From: Cycas panzhihuaensis
Lineage: Eukaryota > Plantae > Cycadophyta
Assembly (NCBI GenBank): GCA_023213395.1
Contig: CM041465.1
Coordinates: 227,361,741 to 227,425,740, forward strand
DNA: 64,000 nucleotides
Direction: 5' to 3'
A program made the translations under genes and the position numbers. Of the stretch, positions 9,396-22,048 are shown one piece after another; position 1 is the stretch's first letter; each line of letters starts with the position of its first letter. The notes under the pieces are model-generated. The model made no database searches, was not told where the DNA came from, and was given only the letters and a program-made list of their open reading frames with translations.

Positions 9396-12300
9396 TATGT
9401 GTTTTTTCTATTTAGGAAAAATCATAATTTTCTCAGTGTTTGTTGTATATTTTGGGTTTCTTCTTAAATCAAACATGACCAAGAATATGATAGGCTAAAA
9501 ATGCTATGTATTTTCATAGAAAATTAGGTTCTATAATAACCTATTTAATTCTAAATTCTCATTGGGTTTGGATCACTTTTTTTTTCACTTCATCCTTTGC
9601 TACTTCATCTTTTGATACTCTAGTTCTTGCTGATTAATAGCTTTAAAAGAGTTCTTCATTTTCATTCCTTAGTACTTGTTGGTAGAGAAGATTTAACTAC
9701 ATAGTTATTAGAGATATTTAAGATTGTATTATTTTGATGATTTCACATTTGAATTTGTCACCTTTATGAGATTCTCTTGGTGATTTTACTTCTTGAAGGT
9801 TATATTCCTTAATGGGTTTCTATCAAATCCACTCCAATAGCATATTGATCCTTAGATTAGTGAGTTTTACATTGTTTCTTAGTGACATCATTATTGTATC
9901 ACTTTTGTTTCCATTCCTTTTATTTCACTAGTAGTTCCTCTATTAAAATATTCTTTTTCTATATTTGTTTGTGAGATTTGAAGTGTTCATATGTTGATCT
10001 CTCCTCATCATGGATCAACATATCTCATTTCTTATTCAATGTTAAATTAGAGATGTCTCTTTATTTTCTTTCTCTTTCATTCACTATGTTCATTCTATCG
10101 TTTCTTCTTCTCATTTTGTGGTTAGTTTCCTTCATTTGTCTCATCACTATTTAAGTGATTTTCATATTTAACAATATGCTTTTTGCTTGTTAATCTGCTA
10201 GTTTCCTTCTTCAAGTTACTCTGGGTTTTGCTTATTATTTTGGTTATATTTAATTATTTTTATTTGAAATTCATAATTTCCTCTTTTCTTGGTTGCATTT
10301 AGGCTTAGAATCAAGGGATTTCACCTTGATTTTACTATTATTTGGGACTAATCTCCTTATTGCATCTTCCACCTATTTGATTTATAAGTGCATTACTGCA
10401 CCTCCCTAGTCATCTTCTAGCATTACAAAGAGATTCCTTGGCCTTTCAAGAATGGATCTAAGGTGTTTTCCCCTCTTATTAGGTAAGTTCTATGCAAGTT
10501 TATTTTTTTGTATCTTTCAAATATTTCTTGCTCTTAAGTTTTATTATTATTTATAGTTGCCTCTCATTCAAGTGATTTGTCTAATTTATTTTGAGTATTA
10601 ACATAAGGTTTACTTCTTCTCTTTTCTTTTTTTCTAATTTATTTTATTTTATTGCTTCATCTAGTAAAGGGATTCACCTAACATCCTTTCGTACAACTTT
10701 TTCATATTCATGGTATGCCACATACATGTTATCTTAAAGTGCTTTTTTACCTAAAAGATGCCCTAAAAAGCATAAAGTAAAAAAAAAAAAAAAAAAACAA
10801 CAACAACAATAAATGAAGGACAACCCTCTTTATTTCTTACCTCCTTCTTTTGTCCTTATGAAATTTACTAGGTAGGTCAAGTGTAAGTGTACTTGAGACT
10901 CAATAGTTCTTGTTTAGATTTTATTTATAGCATAAGTTGCATGTTTTCTTATTTAAGATCGTTTTCTTCCTTTTCCTTCACACTTACTTAGCATGTTTAG
11001 ATAGGTTATTTGTTGCCCTTATTTAATAAAGTACATGTTAGTTACATAACTAGGCTTTATACTTTGTATTTACTCCTCCCAGGTATAGTTCCCACTAAGT
11101 TAGAGGAGGGACTAGATTAGTTGAACTTGATCCATTGGTGGCTAGTCTTGCACTTGAGATAAAGTAAATACTTTTCATCATGTTTCGAGCAAGCCAATGA
11201 TGGGCAACTATCCTAACTATGTGCTCATGCATATGGTTTAGATAATTAAGTGAGCACTATTAGGGATGAGAAACTATCCTTGCTACAAGTTTACAGGTGA
11301 TGTTTGGATAGTTGAGTGAGCCCTATTAGTCTTTTTGAGAGATAAACTATCTCATATTGGACATGAGTATCCCCAAATCTCCTACACTAATGGGTGGGTT
11401 GTTACTAGGTGAGAGAGTCCTCATCAGTTGACCCATGATCAGGTCATTAACCCAAGTTCTTATTCCTTTGTATCTCTCTCCTTATTAGTCTTCTTACTCT
11501 TTCTAAATAGTATGACATAGTCTTCTTACATAGAATGGGGTAATTTAGGGTGTCCACTTTTCAGGAACTAGTATATAGGGCATATTTAAGGATAGTAACA
11601 TTTGGGACTCTTTTGCTTGATAGAACTCCCAAGTTCTAGGAGCTTTGTTTATAATTTATTCCTCTTTATAGGAGTTCAGATAGTTATTATTACTTATTTT
11701 CTTATTTATTTAGCATATTATATATTTTTTTATTTATTTTCTAGGTTAGAATATATTTAAGTCCCATACCTCGTCTCAACCCCCATAAATTACTTCCATA
11801 CCTACTAAACTTGTAAGCTTAAGCTGATAGTGGGTATAATGTATCTTATCTATAAGATCATAAGTTTGGTAGATTTGAGCATCCACATATCACTTGCATT
11901 ATCCATCTCATTTCTCTTTCTCCTCTTAGCCTTTTAGGTTAGAGTTAAATCCTTCTACAAGTTAGTCTATCTTTTTGTGTTATCTTGTACTTTAGTTATC
12001 ATCAACCGTTTGGTTTTATTTTATCAACTTCCCTCCTTCCACCATCTCTTTCTATAAGAGGGCTAGTTCATCTAGAATGGCTTAAGTCCCAAATGAAAAA
12101 ATAAAATACCCTTATACTTAAATGGATAAGCACCGCCAATATAATATGAGAGTCATGGGTAAATAAATTTATCATAAAAAAAACATATAAATAATGATCA
12201 CAACTACATCTCCTTAGGACATTGCACATATAAGATTAATGAGCTCTTCAAAATAGCAAGATTTACAATGGCTTCTTTGTATTCTTCATGCAATTTGAAT

Positions 12301-12994
12301 CTTCCACAATAACCATATATGCTACAAAGCAAGCATAATGAGCCATAAACTTGATGCATGTGATGATATGGGTCTACTATGGGTCATGATTACTTATTCA
12401 CTCTAATATACCTTATTCTCTTTCATTCATTATAATGTATAACTATACTAATAGGTCTATCTTTTCACATAAATTTTTATCAATGACTACTAATGATCTA
12501 CAAGAGTTATAGGTGCCAACAAAAGGATAAGAAAGGACCATACCACTTTATATTCTTAGGTTTCTCAAAAATAATATCTTTTGATGATTATATAAATCTA
12601 CCATAGAAAAACTTGAAACCCTTCTCACATCATGCTTATAATGTCACAGATTGTAAAGATCATCGCAATGTGTATGTAGTCTTCATTATACTTTTCTTAC
12701 TTCATCCTACTTCTATTGTCCCACTTTGATATGACATCTCCTTAGGACTTTCACTTTGGACCTTCACCTTACTTTGATACCATGTTACAATTTATTAAAC
12801 AACTTATGTAAAAACTCTAATATAACATTAAAATTATGTATAGGCTATCATACTATGTTAGCATTCCAATAATAACCTATATAATTAAGTAGGTAAATAA
12901 ATGTAATTACATGAGCAATCAATAATACAACAAATATAATAAAAAATAAGAATAAGGGCAAAGAGTTAGTTATGAAATTATATATCTAATACCA

Positions 12995-13306
12995 TGTTCA
13001 ATATGGAAAACTTATGAATAGAAAAAACCATCTCTAAATATATATAAAATCTCATATTAATAAAAGATAATCAATCAATCCTCATGATGAGTTCTTTAGC
13101 CTTACAAGGAGTACTAGGTGATCTAATTTACTTTACAATATATATTGTCATTACATAGTTGTGTCACCTCATCATTATCCAATGACATTTTACTCATACA
13201 TTAACTAATAAGATCATGTATGTAGGAACATTTTTATATTGACTAATAATGACTCATTCACTAATGAAACATTATATTGGTTTTCGTGAAATGTAATATT
13301 CTAACA
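12995..13306 (-). mobile_element. Orphan copia-type 5' LTR with adjacent PBS (truncated element)
   Basis: TGTTC...CTAACA segment preceded by tctaatacca (reverse complement of a decayed tRNA-Met PBS) at 12985-12994. No partner LTR found. Confidence 0.5.
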
Positions 13307-14059
13307 TACCCAAATGTTAGATGTAGTTTAAAGTAGATATTATATGTCTTTAATACCACTTGGTAGAACCCTAATCAAAATGATAATTTATATTAACAAC
13401 TAATAAAATTATACTATTATATAAAGGAGAATAAAGTTATTGAGAGCACTTAAGTGGCTATAGATCTAATTAAAGTTAAATCTAAAAATTAATCAATGAT
13501 ATTTTTTAGAACTCTGTCACCTTTTAAATGCTTGATTTTTTAAAATCTTTTAATGAAGCCAGTTTTTCTCTTCTATGTTACAGGTTCACAATATTAAACT
13601 TGCATATAAATAATAATATGGGATTAAAAAGTTAATATAGAATGTGATTTCACCAATTATTCTCTAAATTTAAGCACACAAACATGAATGTTAGATAATA
13701 TTTTAGCACTTTATTATAATTTGTAAGATGGATTATAAAGGAGAGCTCACAAGTTTACTAAAAGAGCACCAAAAAATCATCAAAAGGGGGCATTGAAGTA
13801 TAACCTCTATAAAATAATAAGACTCAATAACTTTCCATTTATAATAAGCTGGCCTTAAATAGTCAAGAGAAACCCCTTTGTATAAGATACTATTGGTAGA
13901 GAAGATAACTTCAATTTTCATTAGCAAACATAAGTAGCTCATGCACAAAGGTTAATAACCAACCCTAACCATTGACGTCTCCTTAGCATAAGTGTTAGCT
14001 TAATCATTTCCACCTAATGATAAGTGATCATGTAATAAGCCCCCTCCCCAGATATGTTG

Positions 14060-14931
14060 AGTCCTCAAATCCAAGAAAAAGATAAGGATATTGCTTAACA
14101 AATTTTGTAAACTCCCATATAGCTTTGTCTAGTTAATAATTGGTCCATTATTACAAGTACTCATAAATGGTCCTATTTCAAAGGCAGTGTTAGTAATTGG
14201 CAAGAAGATGGTTAGGTAGAATAGTGAAATATTACTCTTCATCTAAAACTAGCAAGGTAGATTGAGGTATTATATTATTACTAAGGTTTTTATTAAGTTA
14301 TGAGATATGGAATATATTGTGGACTTTTATATAGGAGGGAAGCTCAAGTGCATATACTTTACTAATTCATTGAAAAATCTTGTATAAGCCATAGTAACAG
14401 GGACTTAACTTTTGGATTTTATGATGTTTAAGGAACTATTGCTTATATAGTTAAAGCTGAAGGAATATAAAATCACCTATATCAAATAATTGATTAAAAT
14501 AATAGTGGTCAGTGAGTTATTTCATGTGATTTTTAGTTGCTACAAGGTTTTGTTTAAGTATATGAAGAATCAAGTTAATGTATTAGAGTATTTATTGGAC
14601 TATAATAGTACAAATATTAGTGGCAAGAGTATGGTGAGATTAGGGGAGATATCCATAAAGGGCCATGAAGGAGGACATGCCAATCACTGAGAGGTATGAA
14701 GAGTTGCAATAGTGTTCGATAAGAGCTAGCCATGAGGTCTATTTATGTTGATGTTCTGGCATAGAGCATCATAAATATACTTCTAAAGTCTTATTTAAAA
14801 CTTTAAATTGACCATCAATTTACAAATGGTAAGTTAAGCTCATATTAAGCAAGGTGTTAGACACCTAAAAGAATTCTTATGAAAATATACTTATAAATTT
14901 TAAATCTTGATTACAAACTATTTATGATGGG
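14060..14931 (-). pseudogene. Element A integrase C-terminal part and chromodomain (degenerate)
   Basis: PS*IVCNQDLKFISIFS (~HGLPSSIVSDRDPKFTS), followed by the integrase C-terminal region and chromodomain. It continues at 26113-26186 and from 46481 onward. Confidence 0.8.
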
Positions 14932-16998
14932 TGTTAGGATGGCAATTAATTATTAAGCCACTTGTTAATGTTGATGCATGGCTTAATTATATTATTAATG
15001 ACAAGGTGTGAGTTATTCAAAAGGTCACAACCTTTAATAGTTGATACCTCTTGATGGATTATAAATATCCTGTATTCCATTATATATTCATTAAGTAATT
15101 GGAATCAATGTGATCGATAGGTCTTTTGTGATGGGTTTTTTCTCAAAAGGGTTTCATGTATATATCTTGTGTACTATATAATTATTCTTTATTTATATTA
15201 TTTTACTTATTATGTATGGTAAAGATTTAATGATATGTAAGCATGTGTGTATTTATTTAGATTTTTTAATATGGTATCGGAGCCATAAGGTTCTATACAA
15301 CTAAAGTTAGAGTTAGGTGGAGTGATAAGATCATAGGTATTTGGGTAAAGCCAATAAATCCCAAGTTTCTTGAGGATTTTCTCTTCTCTAATAAATTATA
15401 GAGTAGGCATAGTGATCAATGGTTATTAAGGATATGAAACTCACCTATTAATAAGGTTAATACACTATTTATAGTAAAAAAATAGACTTGCAAGCTTTTT
15501 AGAATGACTTAGGCTCATTTTAGAGTCATGCAGAGTTGGTTGGGGGTGTTGGGCACTATTTAAAGCTAGTGATCATTAATAAGGCTTCCCATCCAAAACC
15601 TACCTATGATCACTTAACTTCTTCCATTAGATTGTTTAAGTGTGTGATCAACACTAAGTTATGTCTTAATGATTCTTCTTAAAGTTAACCCTCTCAGAAA
15701 ATAAAAGTAATCCATCTTACTAAAAGAAGAAAAAATAAGGCATTTAATTGAATTTGGTATTAAAAATCAATGTTTTGCATTAAAAAATCTTTTTTTCTTA
15801 CCTATGGATGAGATTACATCTATATAAGGTGGTTTTCTATCCATAAAGAGGTTGTTGGGTAGTATTTAAAACTATATAAAGAATTTTGTTTATGTGTGTT
15901 AATTTATATCAGAGATTGGGTGATTTTTAATGATTGTAGCCCTATTTGCTCTTTATTTTTAGTATATTTTATGTGGAAAAGGACTAATACCTACTTGAGT
16001 ATATAAATTATAGTGTACGATTATATTTCCCAAGCCACACAATGTATTGATAAGCCGTGCCGAGCTTAAACTTCTCTATGCAAGCCACAAGCCTTCACAC
16101 AATAATTGCACCTCTTAAAACACATCTATTAAAGTCAATTAATATATTTTGAAGAGTATTTGATATATATTAAGGTTTATCAATCTTAATCCCTCCTTAA
16201 TAATAGTTTATAGATGATTTATAGTATGTGCATTAAGTGAAAAGTCCTGTAAGTATAGTGGATAATTACCTATCAAAAAATAAGACTTTTGGCATATTCT
16301 TATATAAATTAGAGTTCATAACCTTTGAAAAAACATTAATATAATAGAATTTCTAGTTTTGTGAAGAACTTTTTATGGATTTTAAGTAGTTTTTAAAGTT
16401 ATTTAAAGGATTGGAGAACCATCTTGAGTCCTAGTGCTATTGGGTTGACTATTGGTAAGCAATTTTTGGCTTGCATAACCATTAATTTAGGTGCTATAGT
16501 ATATGTACTTATGAAGAAGGAAGAATACATTGAAGTTGGTATTATCCAAAGGACTATAAATGTAGTAGTCCAGTGTTCTTGACTTCATTTTAAAGCTCAT
16601 TTCTCAAGAATGGACAAATTAATACCTAAAGTCATCATTAATGGCAATAACCTTAGAGAGTGGAAGGCTAATATGGAGTTAATCCTTATGGTAAACTAAC
16701 TCTAGGTGATAATAAAGGTAAAAGTAGACACAATTTTACTTGATCATAAAGAATGTATTTATCTTCAAGAGAAGTAGTTCATGGTAGCTAAATTATTAAA
16801 TTATCATTAGCACTAAACCAAAGAGTGGTGGTTCATGTCATTAGCACCAGACTAGATAGTGGTGCTTCATAACCTTAATCAATCAGATGAAATATGGATA
16901 AAGTTATGTAATACACTTGAGAAGAAAAAGATAAATAGGTATCTTACTTTGATGTTGGAGCTTCTCAATTCTACGATGGAAGATGAGACAAATATAAA

Positions 16999-19900
16999 TG
17001 TTAGATATATTAAACACTTTATAAGTATTACATGGGTATAAATGTTATATCCAAGCCCCTTAGTAGGGATCAGGGGCTTGTGGTAGGGCCCTCAACTAAG
17101 GAGTCTAGGGGGGCAGTAACCTCCAGGTGGGGTTTCGAGGGAAGGAGCCCTAAAAAAAAAATTTAGGTATCTTATGGGGATCTTTTTTGACCCATAGTTT
17201 ATGTCCATTATATTTTAAGACTACAAGGTAGTATCTTATAAATTTATATCTATATATTCTTCTATAATGACACATATAAAATGGTTAGATAAGTCTTTAA
17301 TGAGTCAATGAGAAGAGAGTTAGGATTTTTATCTCTATAATTCTTTAGTTATTACTCAAATTAATAAAATCTCTATGTTTAGAATAAAATCTCCTAACAT
17401 TCTTTATTGTGTACTTGGTTTATTTATGTTATTTATTCTTTGTATGGTTTAGAGTTATATTAACATACTACTTATATGATTATATTTTTTTTCTTTATTT
17501 GGTATCAAAGTTAAGGATTTTAGTTTAGTAAGAAGCCATTTGAAAAGTAGAAATCTTATCTGATGAACTTGAGTATAAAGATTATGGAAAGCACTATAAA
17601 GATAGAGATTAAAAAGTTTAATAGATAAAACTTTAAGTTATAGAAGCTAAATATAGAACATATCCTCATTAAGAAGGATCAATGGATCATAGTAGGAAGA
17701 GTGAAGATTATAAATATGGATGATGAAGAAGCTTGATTAAAAAGTAATTAGTTCGATAAAGTTATTCCTTTCAAACATAGTGTTATTAAACATTGTCACA
17801 AAGTATATAGACAAAGATCTATGGAATACGTTAGGGGCTTTGTATGAGACTAAGTCCTTAGTTAATAAGCTATTTCTTTAAAAAAAAAGTTATATTCACT
17901 CAAGATGAGTTATGAAGATATAATTATAGATCACCTCACTATATCTAACACCATGGTGTGCTAGCTTATTTTAGTTGGGATAATAATGTCTAAGGAAGAT
18001 AAATATATTATCCCATTATATTCACTTCTTGATTCTTAGGATAATCTTATAATGACAATTAGCATCACAGCTACTAACACTCAAAAATTTAATGATGTTA
18101 TTATTGCCCTACTATTAGAAGAGACAAGGTAAAAATCTTCTAAGAATTATTTGAAAGAAGCATTAGCATTGAGAGTTCAAACATTAGATTATAACCAACA
18201 AAGACCTAGGAATTTATGACCAAAATCTTTAGGGAAATCTAAATTTCCAGGTAGAGGCCCCTTAGTATGCTAAAGATGTAAGAAGGTTGGTCATTTAAAG
18301 TGTTAATATTAAGAAAAGGTTAATAATAAAAAGTCACCTAAAACTACTTCTTCCATGATAGTAAAAGCCTCTAATAAAGCTGATGGTAATGTTTATTTAA
18401 CAACCTCAAATAAGTTATCAAATGTTGAGTATTGTTTAATTAACTTCAGTGCCTCACTTCATATTACTCCCTATAGGGAGTGGTTCTATGAATATAAAAG
18501 TATTAATAGAGGTGAAGTATTCCTTAGGGATCATTACCCATATATTGTAGGTTGTGGAGGGGTGAAAGTTTATTTTATTGATAGTAAGATTAAAATTATC
18601 TCTAATATGAGTTATATTCCTAGTTTGGCTATGAGTCTATTATCTGTTAGTCAAATGGATGATGTAGGAATATAAGTGATTTTCAATAAAGATAGTTATA
18701 GAATGGTTCGAGGAGTATTAGTATTAGTAAGAGGGATCTAATTTAGAACATTGTATATTCTTGATATGAGTATGATATATGCTAGTAGTTACGGTCTAAC
18801 TATTATAAAAAATAGTAGTAATGTAGGTAAGACCCAAGTATCAATTGTTAGTAAAACTATGATGTGACATCAGAGATTGAACCACAATAGAAATAAACAT
18901 CTCCATGATTTATTCTCCAAAGGTATGGTAGAAGATATATTTGGAATTGATGGCTTCTTTGATTTTAATTTTGTGAGCATTGTGTTTATGGCAAATAAAG
19001 CTGATTCAATTTTTCTTGAAGCTTAAAGAGAGCAAAGGGTATTTTGTAATTAATACATAATGATATTTTTGGACCTATTAATATACCCTTACTAGGTGGG
19101 TCTGAATACTTTATTTCATTCATAGATGATTTTTTAAGAAAGATATAGTTGTACTTTCTTAGGTAAAAATATAAGGTCTTCAACAAATTTAAAGAATTTA
19201 AGGCCTTGGTTGAGTATTAGAGTGACAAGCAGATTAAGGTATTAAGAACTAATAATAGAGGCAAGTTTTTCTTAAAGGTGTTTGAGCATTTATATAAATC
19301 ATGTGGAAAAACTAGGTAAAAGATAACTCCCTATATGCCATAATAGAATGGAGTTATTAAAAAGATGAATAGGACCTTGCTAGATAAATCAAAGAGTATG
19401 ATTAATATTGTCGGTTTAGAGAAGAAATTCTAGGTTGAGGATGTGATGATTGTAAACTATCTAATAAATGGATCACCAATTACTGCCTTAGTATATAAAA
19501 TGCCTAAAGAAGTATGATTTGGTAAGATGCTATCTCTTGGTCATCTTAGAGTGTTTGGTTATGAAGCTTTATGCATGTTCCTAGCCTGTAAAGGACTAAG
19601 CTTGATTTCAAAGCACAAAAGACTATTTTCATTGGCTATGGTGATGGTGTTAAAGGGTACAAGACTTATAAGCATAAAATACAAGAAGTTATATATAGTC
19701 ATGATGTAATCTTTAGAGAGGAGTTTAAGTCTATAAAGGGGGATGAAAAACTAAAGGAGGAAGTCTCTAAGAAGGTATAGTTTGAGGTAAGGGATAAAGA
19801 TCCTAGATTAAAATATGAGTTAACTAAAGAGGCCAGCTTTAGAGGTAGCCCAACCTCAAGAACCCCACATCTTAATAAGATTAGCTCAGGAGAGAAAACA

Positions 19901-22048
19901 GACTAACAAGTATATTACTGAAGACTTTTATTGTTCCTCTTTTATTTTATCTACTACATATGATGATCTAGGTGCTATTTGGAGGCTCTAGAGTCAAAAG
20001 AGAGCCAACTCTAAATGAAGGTCATGGAATAAGAAATGATGACCTTAAATAAAAATAATACATAGGATTTTGTGGATCTTCTTGATAATAAAAAACTTAT
20101 TAATAATAAATAGATCTTCAAGAAGAAGTTTTAGGAAGCTAGTACTGTGAAAAAGCACATCATCCACTTGGTAGTAAAGGGTTATTCCTAGGTCTTAAGG
20201 GAATAGATTTTGGTAAGGTTTTTTATCATGTTGAAAAGGTAACTTCAATTATATTTTTGTTGGCTATAATAGTTACCAGTGATCTTGAGATGGATTAGAT
20301 AGATGTGAAGACAATATTTCTTTACAGTAACCTCGAGGAAGAAATTTATATATTGTAGCCTAAAGGTTTTGAACTTATATGGAAGGAGAATATGGTATGC
20401 AAGTTGAAGAGGTCATTATATGGATTTAACCAATCATCGAGGATGTGGTATTAGAAGTTTGATTTACATATGTTGATAAATGACTTTATACATAACAAAG
20501 TAGATTATTATTTCTATTATAAATAGGTTAATAATCACTTTTTATTTTGGCTTTATATATTGATGATATACTTTTAGTTGATAATAGTAAAAAGATAAAT
20601 GGACTTTTGGAGGCCAACTAGCATCTCATTTTGAGATGAAGGATCTAAGTGCTATATATTTTATTTTGGGCATTGAAATTAAAAAGGATAGGAGAAATAG
20701 GAAGATTTGGCTTAGTTAGAGGTGATATATTAAGATGACACTACAGTAGTTTAGTTTGTAAAATGGCAAGCCAATTAATATTCCTCTTCTTATTGGTTTA
20801 AAATTATCAACTAAACAATACTTGAAGACTTGCCAAGAACTTAAAGACATGACATTTATCCCTTATGCTAATGTAGTTGGTAGTCTGATATATATAATAG
20901 TTCACACTTAACTAAATATTACCAATACAGTGGGACTAGTTAGCAAGTATATGTTAAACCTAAATAAGGAGAATTAGGTGGCTGTGAAAAGGATTTTTAA
21001 CTATTTATAGGATACATCAAACTATAGAATTTGTTAATAAGAAGATCCCATGAAGATAATAATAGTAAACCTGAAAGGAGTCTACAAGTAGGTATATTTT
21101 TACCTTTTATAGTGGTGCAGTTAGCTAGATGAGCCAAAAATAGCAAGTTATAGTACTTTCTAGCACAGAAGGAGAGTATATGAAAATTACTCATGCATGC
21201 AAGGAAGTTGTTTAGTTACAAAGACTGTGCATAAATATTAGCTTGAAGTAGGATGTTGTGAGGCTAGATTATAATAGTCAAAGTATAATCTACCTAATGC
21301 AAAATGCTATATTTCATGCTTAATCAAAGCATATTGATGTGTAGTTCTATTATGTGAGAGAAATAATTTAATACTACAAGGTATGCTTACAAAAGATTGC
21401 TATGTAGGAGAATACTGCAAACTCATTAACCAAGATTATTAGCATAAAAAAAATTAGATGGTATAGAAAGTTAATATGTATTTATGATTTTGTCATTCGG
21501 TAGTTATTTATATAGATTTCATGTAAAATGTTTAATAAATAGGAGATTGTTGGATATGTTGAATACTTTATAAGTGTTACATGGGTATAAGTATTACACT
21601 AGAACCTCTCTTAGTGGGATCTAGGGGCATATGGTAAGGCCCTCAATTAGGGGGGTTGGGTGACCAGTGGTCCCCAAAGCAAAGGTTTAGGGGTGGGAGC
21701 CCCAAAAAAAAATGTTTTGGTGTCTTATAGGGGTCTTTTCTAACTAGTGGTTTATGCTAATTATATTATGAAATCATAAGATGATATCTTGTAAATTGAT
21801 ATCTATATATTCTTCTATAATAACATATATAAGAAGGTTAGATGAGTCTTCGATGAGTTAATGAGATGAAAGTTGGGATTTTTATTTTTATAGTTCTTCA
21901 GTTATTACTCAGATTAATAAAAGGTCTATACTTAAACTAGAATCTCCTTGTGCTCTTTGTTGTGTGGTTAGTTTATTTATGTTATTTATTCTTTACATGG
22001 TTTGGAGTTTTGTTAACACATTGCTTCTACAGTTATATTTTCTCTTCA
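16999..22048 (+). mobile_element. Element D: Ty1/copia (Tnt1/Tork-like) inserted in the gag of B
   Basis: LTRs 16999-17497 and 21548-22048 (~22% mismatch), TSD ataaa/ataag, PBS tggtatcaaag at 17500-17510, PPT aaataggaga before 21548. Confidence 0.9.
17584..21490 (+). pseudogene. Element D gag-pol (degenerate)
   Basis: MESTIKIEIKKFN..NF.L*KL start, zinc knuckle C..C.K.GH, protease region ASLHITPYREWF, integrase SEYFISFIDDF, RT DVKTIFL..LEEEIY, RNase H KHIDV.FYYVRE. Confidence 0.88.

Noticed and set aside
11790-11855. TRIM-LTR-like motif aagcttaagctgatagtgggt
   Set aside because: No PBS, PPT, TSD or second copy could be established.
10780-12130. LTR/leader-like region of the old flanking element
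   Set aside because: Boundaries, orientation and partner LTR could not be fixed, so it is not called as a feature.
13733-13948. Similar short ORFs at 13733-13948 and 51647-51844 suggesting a duplicated gene
   Set aside because: They are simply the two LTRs of element A.
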